From a virus (taxonomy: Duplodnaviria; Heunggongvirae; Uroviricota; Caudoviricetes): DNA of 64,000 nt. A program made the position numbers and the translations under genes. The DNA lies in IMG/VR virus record IMGVR_UViG_3300015207_000448. One strand, 5' to 3'. Below the pieces are notes generated by a model. It ran no database searches, was not told the origin of the DNA, and saw only the letters and a list, made by a program, of their open reading frames with translations. Shown piece by piece: positions 19,032 through 28,543 of this stretch; within the stretch, counting starts at the first letter, position 1, and every line of letters starts with the position of its first letter.

Positions 19032-19823
19032 TTGTTTCAAATGAAAATCAAACGATTCAAGAAATTCAAAAATGGTATTGTTTATGCCCTTGCCCTGGAT
19101 GATGGAAGACTTATCGAAACCACCGATACATTCCTTCCTTTCTACACAAAGGATGCAATCGGGCGTAAGCAGAACAAACTCGACAATTCAAATCTCGGTG
19201 ATCGCACAGAGCGTTGGATGATAGGTGTATCAACTATGAGCGGATGTCCAGTTCATTGCAAGTTTTGCGCAACTGGAAATATGAAAGGTTGGCGCAATCT
19301 TACCGCTGATGAGATTGTCAGTCAAGTCATGTTTGCTATCGAACAGGCGGGTGCAGACCCGAATGAAGCAAAGGAGTTCAAGATTAACTATACTCGTATG
19401 GGCGAGCCTTTCCTTAATATCGAAAACGTCAAGGAGGCTATCCGCAGAATCACGGAGATTTACCCTAACACCCATCACTATGTCTCAACCATAGGTGTCA
19501 AAGACAGCGATTTTTCTTTTGTCAAGGGCAATGTCACACTCCAAATAAGTCTTCATTCGTTTGATGAGGCGCACCGAGACTGGCTGATTCCTTTCAAGAA
19601 GAAAATGAGTATTGAAGAACTCGGTCAGATTCGTACAGAGAGCAATCTCAAAACAACCATCAATCTTACTCTGGTGGAAGAAAGCGACTTTGACGCTGAC
19701 AAGCTACGTCAATACTTCGACCCGCGACACTTCTTTGTCAAGTTGTCTCCAATCAACCCTAACGAGGTTTCTGATGGGAACAATCTTGGCAAAGGTATAA
19801 TCGAGGGTGTAAACCTCGTATAA
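19032..19823 (+). CDS. Radical SAM protein related to RlmN/Cfr, short form
   Basis: MSGCPVHCKFCATG matches the RlmN/Cfr CxxxCxFCATG cluster; 263 aa is shorter than canonical RlmN. Confidence 0.55.
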   Translation: MFQMKIKRFKKFKNGIVYALALDDGRLIETTDTFLPFYTKDAIGRKQNKLDNSNLGDRTERWMIGVSTMSGCPVHCKFCATGNMKGWRNLTADEIVSQVMFAIEQAGADPNEAKEFKINYTRMGEPFLNIENVKEAIRRITEIYPNTHHYVSTIGVKDSDFSFVKGNVTLQISLHSFDEAHRDWLIPFKKKMSIEELGQIRTESNLKTTINLTLVEESDFDADKLRQYFDPRHFFVKLSPINPNEVSDGNNLGKGIIEGVNLV

Positions 19824-19987
19824 CACAATGTTTCATTATTAAAACAGAAAGGAGGACACTATGGAAGCTATCAAACGCTCTTTGGAAAGCATGGGCTACA
19901 GTTATGCGGTAGCCATTGCCACTCAGTCAGAGATTGAGAATGGCGCTGCTTGTGGACAGCTTGCTATTATCTGCGAGTAATCAGTTG

Positions 19988-20036
19988 GACGGAGGTGGAT
20001 AGAGACACCACCTTCTACCACCTCCGTCTTATTTCT
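19988..20036 (+). terminator. Rho-independent terminator
   Basis: gacggaggtgg ... ccacctccgtc followed by ttatttct. Confidence 0.55.
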
Positions 20037-20050
20037 AACAATCAACAAAT

Positions 20051-20260
20051 ATGGGCAAAACATTAAAACAGAAAGTGTACCACATCCTGTTCAACAAGGA
20101 TGGCAAAATGAACCTCAAAGTACCTCGGAAATTGCGTTGGAGCTATTTCAACAAGCTGCGCCGACATGATTTCGATCGAGACTTAGAGCGTGCAGAACTG
20201 GTAGATAAGCGAGACAAGGCGAGTCTGAAAGAAATGCGACAGCAAATCAATGATATATAA
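20051..20260 (+). CDS. Small basic protein
   Basis: ORF track; K/R-rich. Confidence 0.3.
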   Translation: MGKTLKQKVYHILFNKDGKMNLKVPRKLRWSYFNKLRRHDFDRDLERAELVDKRDKASLKEMRQQINDI

Positions 20261-20270
20261 GTAAGAAACT

Positions 20271-21479
20271 ATGAAAGTATTTCACAACATAATCGGTCAG
20301 GAGGTGAAGATTTTCGGGGATATACTCGAAGACGAAGCTCTGGCTCAAATACAGCGATTGGCTGATTTCAAGCCATACCAGAACTCGCATATCCGAATTA
20401 TGCCGGATGTCCACGCCGGTAAGGGTTGTACTATCGGTACGACTCTTGTATTGGATGACGCGGTTACACCCAACCTTGTAGGCGTTGACATCGGTTGCGG
20501 CATGTTCGTGGTTCCTCTTGGAAATGCAGAGATTGACCTTCCTTTGTTGGATCAAATCGTCAACGAAAAGATTCCCTCTGGATGCCACATTCACCCCAGT
20601 CCAATTGCACAATTCCCTATGTTAGAAAACTTAAAGTGCATCAAAGCAATTGACACTTATAAGGCATATTGTGCGTTAGGTTCTCTTGGTGGCGGTAATC
20701 ATTTCATTGAGCTGAATGAAGATGCAGAGGGTGGCAAGTTTCTTGTAATCCACTCAGGCAGCCGAAATCTCGGAGTGCGTGTATGTCAGTTCTATCAGAA
20801 GATTGCAGAAGAGCTGTGTCGCCAAGGATATGTGGACAGAAACGAAATTATTCAGCGATTAAAGGCTGAAGGTCGATCGCAGGAAATCCAGACAGAGTTA
20901 CAAAAGCTCAAGTCTAAAAATGAGCCAGTTCCCGATGGCTTGGCATATATCACTGGAGAAGTCAAGGATGACTATCTGCATGATATGTATATCGCTCAGG
21001 ATTATGCAAGGTTGAATCGCGAAACAATCGCCTACTTGATTTTGCAAGAACTGGGATTGAACTCTTGTATTGCCGCCAATGGGTTCCATACAGTTCATAA
21101 CTATATTGATACCAACGATAATGGTACAATATTACGCAAGGGTGCTGTCCGAGCCAACATGGGTGAAATGCTCATTATTCCAATGAATATGCGAGACGGT
21201 TCACTAATCTGTATCGGTAAGGGTAATCCAGACTGGAATTATTCCGCACCTCACGGAGCCGGTCGCTTGATGTCTCGTAAGAAGGCCAAGGAATCACTAT
21301 CTCTTGAAGAATTTGCAGATAATATGAAGGATGTATATTCGTCATCAGTCTGCGCTTTTACTCTTGATGAGGCTCCGATGGCATATAAGCCGATGCAAAG
21401 CATTGTGGATGCCATTCAAGAGACCGTTGATATTCAAAATATTATTCGTCCAATCTATAATTTCAAAGCTAAGGAATGA
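20271..21479 (+). CDS. rtcB: RtcB-family RNA 3'-phosphate ligase
   Basis: MPDVHAGKGCTIGT, GGGNHF and APHGAGRLMSR motifs; 402 aa. Confidence 0.85.
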   Translation: MKVFHNIIGQEVKIFGDILEDEALAQIQRLADFKPYQNSHIRIMPDVHAGKGCTIGTTLVLDDAVTPNLVGVDIGCGMFVVPLGNAEIDLPLLDQIVNEKIPSGCHIHPSPIAQFPMLENLKCIKAIDTYKAYCALGSLGGGNHFIELNEDAEGGKFLVIHSGSRNLGVRVCQFYQKIAEELCRQGYVDRNEIIQRLKAEGRSQEIQTELQKLKSKNEPVPDGLAYITGEVKDDYLHDMYIAQDYARLNRETIAYLILQELGLNSCIAANGFHTVHNYIDTNDNGTILRKGAVRANMGEMLIIPMNMRDGSLICIGKGNPDWNYSAPHGAGRLMSRKKAKESLSLEEFADNMKDVYSSSVCAFTLDEAPMAYKPMQSIVDAIQETVDIQNIIRPIYNFKAKE

Positions 21480-21760
21480 AAACAATATATAAATATCCAC
21501 TCGAATGGGCCGATGAACAGGCGATTGCGATGCCCAAAGGCGCAAAGATCTTATCTGTTCAGTGGATTAGAGGGCAAGTCTGTATTTATGCGCTTGTAGA
21601 TACTGATGAGAAAACGTGTGAGGCCCATCAGTTTCTCATTATCGGAACTGGACATCTCATCAGACCGAACACAGAACCGGCAGTGCATTACTTTTTAGGC
21701 ACTGTTCATAATGAGGATCAATCTTTAGTGTTCCACATTTTTGAAAAGAAAGAACAATGA
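21476..21760 (+). CDS. Small hypothetical protein
   Basis: ORF track. Confidence 0.3.
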   Translation: MKTIYKYPLEWADEQAIAMPKGAKILSVQWIRGQVCIYALVDTDEKTCEAHQFLIIGTGHLIRPNTEPAVHYFLGTVHNEDQSLVFHIFEKKEQ

Positions 21761-22368
21761 AAACAGGACAAACAATTCTTGTGGGCGCAGACGAAGCACC
21801 GAGCTTTCGCCCAATGAATTTCACCAACCCCAAAGTTGGCGTGATTCTGGCCCGCTTCCAGCCCATTCACAACGGCCACCTTGCCCTCATTGAGAAGGCT
21901 TGTAAAGAGAACGACCATGTACTGATACTCATAGGGTCAGCAGACAAGCTCAATGAACGCAACCCAATTCCGTGGACTATACGTCGTGAGCTGGTGACTG
22001 CGGCCATTGCAGAACGAGGCTTTGTCAATACATCCATCGAAGAACTCCAAGACCTTACTGATGAATCCGACAATAGCCATGATTGGGGTTTCTACCTCTA
22101 TGCTTCAGTGGTTTCCAAGACAAAATCGCCAGAGTTCACCATCTACTACTCTGATGGCTTCGAGATAATCACTTCGTGGTTCCCCGGCTTCCTTCTGAGA
22201 AACTGCGTATCATTATCGTTGCTGGCTCGAAATGCTTGTGAGGCCGGCATTTCTGCGACATCGGTGCGCGACATGATACTTTCAGATTCGCTTCCTGAAA
22301 GTGTGGTGCCAAAGTGTGTGTATGAGAAGCGAGAGTTGATTAAGGCATTTCTTAACGTGTTCAAATGA
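21757..22368 (+). CDS. NadM-type nicotinamide/nicotinate mononucleotide adenylyltransferase-like protein
   Basis: VGVILARFQPIHNGHLALIEKA ... LILIGSADK matches the NadM HxGH nucleotidyltransferase N-terminus (GRFQPFHxGH ... IGSA). Confidence 0.6.
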   Translation: MKTGQTILVGADEAPSFRPMNFTNPKVGVILARFQPIHNGHLALIEKACKENDHVLILIGSADKLNERNPIPWTIRRELVTAAIAERGFVNTSIEELQDLTDESDNSHDWGFYLYASVVSKTKSPEFTIYYSDGFEIITSWFPGFLLRNCVSLSLLARNACEAGISATSVRDMILSDSLPESVVPKCVYEKRELIKAFLNVFK

Positions 22369-22552
22369 AAAGTTCTATCAAAGCGATTAGGGCACAATGC
22401 GTTAATGATGTGGCTAAAAAGTATAAGCGAGACATTGAACGTCTGCAAAAAGAAAATGGAGAGCTAAAGCTCTTACTCGCCAAGTATCGTAACGAAATCT
22501 CGAAGCTCCAACACAGTTTGGAGCTTGAACGTAACCCTCAATTAAAAAGCAA

Positions 22553-22789
22553 ATGAAACCACAAATAATTCTAACAATATCAATCCTGGCAATAGCAATC
22601 CTTTCTGGGTGCGACAGCGATAAGGTACAACGTGTCAAAACCGCTAACGAGACCAAACTGATAGAAATTGACACACTGGACATTCATGGTACAAAGCACG
22701 AAGTTATCTTTTGGTACTGGAACTATAAAGGCGGCATGATGCACAGCCCAGAATGTTGGTGTAAAACAGATAGCACACAATGGAAATAG
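22553..22789 (+). CDS. Small lipoprotein
   Basis: Signal peptide plus lipobox (ILSGC). Confidence 0.4.
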   Translation: MKPQIILTISILAIAILSGCDSDKVQRVKTANETKLIEIDTLDIHGTKHEVIFWYWNYKGGMMHSPECWCKTDSTQWK

Positions 22790-23284
22790 AGTACACCAAA
22801 GAACAAGTTCGGGCCGCAAAACGTGCAGCAAAGGCATTAAAAGAGCTTGCGGACTCTGGGCTTTATCTAATCTGGCACGCTTCTTCTGGATATATATTGC
22901 TATCCATCTTCAGAAGATGTACCGGATAGAGGGTACGGCGATGATGTACTTGTCTGTGGTCATATTCACGAAGGTGGCGACTGGTAAACTGAAATAAACA
23001 AAAAACAATGGAAGATTTAATTAAAGCACTTCTGATATTTCAGAAATATATCAAGCCGGATGATTTGGCATATAAATATCCAACTGCGTGTGAACACGAT
23101 GAGCTGTATGTCAACGTCAACCCCGACATCGTTTCCATTGAGGATAAGAAAGCCTTGTATGCGTTGGGATTCTTTCCGAGCGAATATAGCGGAGACGAAG
23201 ATTACTACACACCGCCAACTGAGCCAGAAATGGAGGGCGACTGTTTCTTGTCATACAAATTTGGAAGTTGAACGAATTGAAGCA

Positions 23285-23677
23285 ATGAAAGCAAAAGTAA
23301 GAGCGACTGGAGAAATCGTGGATGTTTACAATGCACCGCATCACCCAGATGTTTGGTATGGAGCAAGCCTTCTCCCTTATGGCACACGTGAGCTGGAGTT
23401 CATCGCTTATTCTCGATCCTTAACCGATGGTTTGTTGGCTCAATTCTCTGATCAAGAACTTCGTGAAGAGCTGAAGAATCGTGTTGATCTCCGTAAAGCA
23501 GCCCATATTTTCCTCCGTTGTCGTGATTGTAAGCACTGTGGTGAGGGGTGCTGTCATAAGAGTAGCCGTTACAAGACCTCAGTGTGCTTCCTGAAACCCA
23601 AACCACAAGTCGGTCCTGACCGCTATTATGCGACTCTCCTTTCGAGGAAGGCATGTGAAAATTTTGAACCGAAATAA
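23285..23677 (+). CDS. Cys-rich hypothetical protein; paralogue of 38846..39244 (minus strand)
   Basis: Start at the internal Met of ORF 23060..23677; shared KATGEIVDV-N-P--PD-WYGA, RDCK-C-EG, KPKP--G--RYYAT-LS-K-CE-FEPK. Confidence 0.45.
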   Translation: MKAKVRATGEIVDVYNAPHHPDVWYGASLLPYGTRELEFIAYSRSLTDGLLAQFSDQELREELKNRVDLRKAAHIFLRCRDCKHCGEGCCHKSSRYKTSVCFLKPKPQVGPDRYYATLLSRKACENFEPK

Positions 23678-23678
23678 C

Positions 23679-24944
23679 ATGAAATCTATAATAATATACT
23701 CTGGTAAAGGCGGCGTAGGTAAAACTACGGTGACAGCTAATTTGGCCAGATTACTTGCATCGCAAGGCAAAAAAGTGTTCGTGATTGATGCAGACATCAA
23801 TACTCCATCCATGAATACAGAGTTTGATGGTGAGCATCCAACCGACAATATTTGGGTTCACTCCAGTGGTAACATTTTTCAAAAATTTATTTACCTGGAA
23901 AAATCAATGGTAAGAAGGTATTTGGAAGATGCTAAAAAGAAACTTAATAAACTGGATGTGGATTATGTACTGATTGACACACCACCCAGTGTTACAAATA
24001 TCCACATTGAGCTGCTAAAACGATTGAGCGTAAGTTATATTCTCTTTGTTACTCAGCCCACAAAACTTAGTATTGAAGATGTAACTCGCACAATGGATTT
24101 TTTTAGAACGCAATGCGGGAAATTTTGTAAGGCTGGGGTGGTTGAAAACATGTGTTCTAACGCTAATGCACATGAATATTCAATACCCCTTATTGCTCAA
24201 ATTCCATTTCAAAATGGATTAGATACCAGCAACCTTCTTGATAATGCTAAAGATGAATTTCAGAAGATAGCTAATGAGATTTCATCGAGTGGAGAAGTCG
24301 TTCTCACGTCTTTTTCAACAGATGGTGGGTATGATGAAAGCTTTGATGTGATCAGCATCCGAGAAACAATTCTAAAGAATAGTCGCACAATTTACGTCCT
24401 TGAATTGAAATATGACAATGGCGATTGTAAAGAATTAAAACTCCCGGCTTTGAAATTTCTATCATGTCGTACTTGGGCTGCAATTTATGAGTTCATACAA
24501 GAAGAGGAGGCTCAAATGCCATTTGGACATTGGGACAAACGTATGGAAGCGTGCGGCGTAGATAGGGTATCACGTTTAGTCAACGCTTTTGAAGGAGATG
24601 ACAATGCGTTGTTCATGGTCAATAACGCTCCAAGTACAGAAGTTCAGTTAATAACTGGCGAAATCGGTTTATGTTCTCTTTTGACCAACGAAACATCGCA
24701 TTTTGGCATACCAAGAGTCAAATATCAAACGTCAAAGGGAAGCATAACGCTTTTCCCCGATGAAGTGATACCTATCTCAATTAACGAATTACAGTATTAT
24801 CTCAATAACGGCTATACTCCATTATCTGACGGTCGATATATACCAAGTAAAGAAGATTTATCTGTGATATACAATACTTTTGGCGAGAGGGTCGGCTTAA
24901 TGGAAAATTGGGAAGAAGTGTATGATTCATGGGTAAATCCATGA
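23679..24944 (+). CDS. ParA/MinD-family P-loop ATPase with a C-terminal extension of about 170 aa
   Basis: Walker A box IIYSGKGGVGKTTVTANLA, and DADINTPS; 421 aa. Confidence 0.75.
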   Translation: MKSIIIYSGKGGVGKTTVTANLARLLASQGKKVFVIDADINTPSMNTEFDGEHPTDNIWVHSSGNIFQKFIYLEKSMVRRYLEDAKKKLNKLDVDYVLIDTPPSVTNIHIELLKRLSVSYILFVTQPTKLSIEDVTRTMDFFRTQCGKFCKAGVVENMCSNANAHEYSIPLIAQIPFQNGLDTSNLLDNAKDEFQKIANEISSSGEVVLTSFSTDGGYDESFDVISIRETILKNSRTIYVLELKYDNGDCKELKLPALKFLSCRTWAAIYEFIQEEEAQMPFGHWDKRMEACGVDRVSRLVNAFEGDDNALFMVNNAPSTEVQLITGEIGLCSLLTNETSHFGIPRVKYQTSKGSITLFPDEVIPISINELQYYLNNGYTPLSDGRYIPSKEDLSVIYNTFGERVGLMENWEEVYDSWVNP

Positions 24945-24972
24945 CCGCTTGAATTTATAGACAATCGATAAT

Positions 24973-25446
24973 ATGGAACAGGAAGAAAAGAAGCAAATAA
25001 TAGTTCCTTACGATGAATATATGGAACTGAAGCGTAAAGCAGATTCTCATTCAGTGTTCATCACAACTACTATAAAGTTAGATCGTGATGGTAGTTGTGA
25101 TTTGATGATTGAGAGAGCTGACTCAGAATGTGAACGCCAAGAAGATGTTGATAATTGGATGAAATCCTTAATGAGCAAATTCTTCTCTGAGCACAACCAG
25201 CGCATCCGCTATCACCAACAAAGGGCTGAATATTACGAAAACAAGAATTGTGGTCTTTCTCGTATCAATTCTCAGCTTTATGATCAAATCTCACGATTGA
25301 AAGATGAAGTTGCTTCACTGAAAGTCGCTCCTTCAGTTCAACCACAGGAGCCGGAGACAACATCACAACCTAAATGGTATTCGCTTTTGACCTATTTGGG
25401 TTGGGTTATGGCACTTGTTACGCTAATTCTTTGGATAATCAAATAG
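24973..25446 (+). CDS. Tail-anchored coiled-coil membrane protein
   Basis: C-terminal WYSLLTYLGWVMALVTLILWII; heptad-rich centre. Confidence 0.4.
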   Translation: MEQEEKKQIIVPYDEYMELKRKADSHSVFITTTIKLDRDGSCDLMIERADSECERQEDVDNWMKSLMSKFFSEHNQRIRYHQQRAEYYENKNCGLSRINSQLYDQISRLKDEVASLKVAPSVQPQEPETTSQPKWYSLLTYLGWVMALVTLILWIIK

Positions 25447-25456
25447 CATATATGCC

Positions 25457-25966
25457 TTGGGCGGCTTAGTAAAACCCAAACTGAACAAGATGAAACAATA
25501 CATCGGAACAAAGTTGGTGTCTGCCACGCCAGCGATTCGCAAAGGTGGCAAAGTTTATTCCCCGACAGATGAAATTCCTAAATCAATGGAGCCGGTCGAG
25601 GAGGGCTACAAAGTAATCTACGAGGGCGGTTATGAGAGCTGGAGTCCAAAAGACGTGTTTGAGAAGGCATATCGCCCTTGTGATGGCATGAACTTCGGAC
25701 TCGCCATTGAAGCTCTTAAACAGGGCAAGTGTGTCACTCGCAAAGGGTGGAATGGCAAAGGAATGTTCCTATGGCTCAAGCCCGGTGCAAACGTCAAAGC
25801 TGAGTGGTGCAAAGACCCCAAACTCTACGACCTCGCAATGCAGAACGGAGGCGAAATTGAAGCGCTCGGCACAATCTGTATGTTTACCGCTCAGAAACAA
25901 ATTCTCAGCGGTTGGCTCGCATCTCAGACAGACATGCTTGCTGAAGACTGGATGATTCTTGAGTGA
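25457..25966 (+). CDS. DUF2829-family protein (Tad2-like sponge candidate) with an N-terminal extension
   Basis: FGLAIEALKQGKCVTRKGWNGKGMFLWL ... WLASQTDMLAEDWMILE matches my recollection of the DUF2829 hallmarks. Confidence 0.5.
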   Translation: MGGLVKPKLNKMKQYIGTKLVSATPAIRKGGKVYSPTDEIPKSMEPVEEGYKVIYEGGYESWSPKDVFEKAYRPCDGMNFGLAIEALKQGKCVTRKGWNGKGMFLWLKPGANVKAEWCKDPKLYDLAMQNGGEIEALGTICMFTAQKQILSGWLASQTDMLAEDWMILE

Positions 25967-26354
25967 TATGGAAGATACTGTATTATATGGTCATGCTCTC
26001 GTTCTGAAAGAACTTGGATTTAACAGACCTACGGAGTTTTACTTCACGAAGGAAGACGCTCCTAAATCTATGGTTTGGCGTAAACGTGCTGAAGTGCTCA
26101 ATTATAATGGAGATACAGGGCTTCCTCCCAAAGTTTCTGCCCCCACTTTCTATGAGGCAGCGAAATGGCTTCGAGAAGTCAAAAACTGGAGTGTCCGAGT
26201 TAACTATTCCAGAGAAAATCGTGAATGGTTCTACGACATCCTCAATATGGAAACTGGGGATTATGATGACGGAGGTGATTGCTACTTCCAGTCATACGAA
26301 GAAGCGTTTTCTGCCGGCGTATCGGCAATATTGTCAAAACTTACGACAAATTGA
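25959..26354 (+). CDS. Hypothetical protein
   Basis: ORF track. Confidence 0.3.
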   Translation: MSDMEDTVLYGHALVLKELGFNRPTEFYFTKEDAPKSMVWRKRAEVLNYNGDTGLPPKVSAPTFYEAAKWLREVKNWSVRVNYSRENREWFYDILNMETGDYDDGGDCYFQSYEEAFSAGVSAILSKLTTN

Positions 26355-26406
26355 TATGGTGGCACAAGCCACAATAATCCACCTAAAATACATAATAGCC
26401 ATGTAA

Positions 26407-26667
26407 ATGAAATTCATAGAAGCCATTGGCCAGTGGTTCCGCAAAGTGCGGGAACAATACCACGAAGAAAGACAACAGAAGCGCTGTCACTATCTTGACA
26501 ACCTCAGTTGTGAGAGTATCAATGTAACAGAGTTTAACGGACGTTTACACATCTCCTACAAGGGTGTGCCTATCGTTAGAGTAGATGACCTCAAAGGCAA
26601 AGCCCCTGAAATACTGGCGCAATCCCGTGAGGACTATCTGGCATGGAAAGCTAAATTTAACGCATAA
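26407..26667 (+). CDS. Small hypothetical protein
   Basis: ORF track. Confidence 0.3.
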   Translation: MKFIEAIGQWFRKVREQYHEERQQKRCHYLDNLSCESINVTEFNGRLHISYKGVPIVRVDDLKGKAPEILAQSREDYLAWKAKFNA

Positions 26668-26919
26668 TTCGATATGAGACAATCGAACTTCAAGACAAAC
26701 GACAAGGTTATAATCGTGAGCAACGGTCTTCAACCTCAGTATCAAGGGAAGACCGGGAAAATCAAGAAAGTTTACCCCTCCTTCAGCGAGAACGATGCGG
26801 AAGAACACGAGTTCTTCTATCGCGTTGAAGTTGACGGCACTGTTCTAAAAGGAATTGCTCGTGATTCCGATTTGAAGCCGCAATAAAAGACTCAAATCAA
26901 AAGTAAATCTTGTTGACTG

Positions 26920-26965
26920 GACGAGAACCGGGAGCCTCCTAAACCTTCTGGTTCTCGTCTTTTTA
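26920..26965 (+). terminator. Rho-independent terminator, followed by a candidate promoter
   Basis: gacgagaacc ... ggttctcgtc ttttt; then ttgcaaagttagcaaatatttaattga. Confidence 0.55.
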
Positions 26966-27027
26966 TATTTGCAAAGTTAGCAAATATTTAATTGATAATC
27001 AAATAAATCATATAAAAAGAAACAACA

Positions 27028-27210
27028 ATGGCAAGAACTGCAAACAAGAAAGCACCTGGGAAATCAACACGTCCCACAGACTACGAACCTCAGCCTGGTC
27101 ACAAGGCAACTCTCAGCCTCGCTGATTTTACTGACAACGACTTATTCGCAGAGCTCCGGCGCCGTGGTTACAATGGTGAGCTTCGTTCACTTAAAGTTGT
27201 GACGGTATGA
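27028..27210 (+). CDS. Small basic protein with a C-terminal LFAELRRRGYNGELR motif; paralogue of 50226..50408 (minus strand)
   Basis: The 43 C-terminal residues are about 80% identical between the arms, far above the 40-50% seen for other paralogue pairs. Confidence 0.5.
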   Translation: MARTANKKAPGKSTRPTDYEPQPGHKATLSLADFTDNDLFAELRRRGYNGELRSLKVVTV

Positions 27211-27446
27211 GAAATTTCAACCCTAAGGCACTTTGCAACAAGTGTCAAATCAAGAAAGCCTCAGGTCTTCACTCTTGTCCTTTCGAGCAGAAACACATGT
27301 GTCCTGACTATCAGGCTTATGTCGCAGATAATGCGTTACAGTTTGAGGACTCTGCGCTCCAAATTCCAGTAGAGTCGTTGCTGACCGCATTGAGATTTCA
27401 CGGTTACTCTGGTGAGCTTCGCAAATCAGAGATCGTAGTAATCTAA
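27207..27446 (+). CDS. Small Cys-rich protein ending in GYSGELRK; paralogue of 49966..50229 (minus strand)
   Basis: CNKC ... CPF ... C cysteines; C-terminal GY-GELR motif shared with the upstream gene. Confidence 0.45.
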   Translation: MRNFNPKALCNKCQIKKASGLHSCPFEQKHMCPDYQAYVADNALQFEDSALQIPVESLLTALRFHGYSGELRKSEIVVI

Positions 27447-27519
27447 TAGTAGAATATTCAGTTGAATACATAGAATCTCCCTAATTTTTATTAACTTTGC
27501 AGCAGCTTTATTGCTAAGG

Positions 27520-27700
27520 ACATATTAGAAAAAGTGCCTCACACCTTGTGAAATCGCCAAAATAATCACGTAAGCACGAGGCACGGTGACAGCTCATATA
27601 TCGTGGGCTGCCTAACCGTGCGTGTTTACAGGTGTTTGGCGATACCTACAAGGAAAGCATGGGAGGGCAGTCCACTTTTCTTGTGCCTATGCTGCGAAAC
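27520..27700 (+). other. Candidate structured 5' leader RNA upstream of the membrane-protein genes
   Basis: Long-range pairing ccttgtgaaatcgccaaa / tttggcgatacctacaagg enclosing cacgaggcacggt / accgtgcgtg. Confidence 0.25.
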
Positions 27701-27718
27701 TTATAAAACAAGAAAACA

Positions 27719-28093
27719 ATGAGCAAAAAAATACCTGCCCCAAATGAGGATGGTAGAGAAATTGTATCAATGGTAATGATAGGGGCTCTTATGGGCTTCT
27801 TGCTCACTGGTATATTTCTGGGTACCATCGGATTTTTAATTGATTGTATGAGCGGTGAATGGGCCTGGCGATGGACAAATTTACTTGGAGGTGTTGTTTG
27901 CATAGGGCTTGGAGCTGTAGTAGCGTTATTGCTCTTTCTATATATCTACTTTTTTCTGCCACATAATATGGCAAAAGTGTTCCCAAGATTATGGGGATTC
28001 GGATTCATACCGGCACTCCTTGCATTATCTTCAGCAATGATTATTGGTATTCAAATATCGTCATGGGTTATTCCAAAATGGTTAGGCGTATGA
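27719..28093 (+). CDS. Polytopic small membrane protein
   Basis: Several hydrophobic segments. Confidence 0.4.
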   Translation: MSKKIPAPNEDGREIVSMVMIGALMGFLLTGIFLGTIGFLIDCMSGEWAWRWTNLLGGVVCIGLGAVVALLLFLYIYFFLPHNMAKVFPRLWGFGFIPALLALSSAMIIGIQISSWVIPKWLGV

Positions 28094-28542
28094 GAAAGAA
28101 GTTAATCATATTAGGTAAGACTTTAATTATCTTAGGCTTCCTGAATCCTATTCCTATCGGTTTTCTCGGATTGACACGTTCAGCTAAGATAATCTGGGAT
28201 GGTAGTGAATATTCCAGTCCTTACGATTATTGGTGGCCCGGCCTCATCCTGATCATGGTTGGGTTTATATTGTGTAGACTGTCGGGAGGCAAACCAATTG
28301 CACTATACAACAAAAAAATCTGGAAGGAAGAAGCAAGGTCGTGTGTTAAAGGATTTGCTTGGGCGATATTGGGTTCATTGGCGCTCGTTGCAGCGTTCTT
28401 GTTAGTAGTGTCATCGATTGTCGGCATATATTATGCTTTCTTCTCTAAATATATGCCGACCCTATTGCCTATATGCGGTGGAGTATGTGTTTTGGCCTAT
28501 TTAATTTATATAGGATTCCGAATCTATAAAAATACTAAGTGA
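28090..28542 (+). CDS. Membrane protein
   Basis: ORF 27991..28542, start MRKKLIIL; 4 predicted TM segments. Confidence 0.4.
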   Translation: MRKKLIILGKTLIILGFLNPIPIGFLGLTRSAKIIWDGSEYSSPYDYWWPGLILIMVGFILCRLSGGKPIALYNKKIWKEEARSCVKGFAWAILGSLALVAAFLLVVSSIVGIYYAFFSKYMPTLLPICGGVCVLAYLIYIGFRIYKNTK

Positions 28543-28543
28543 T

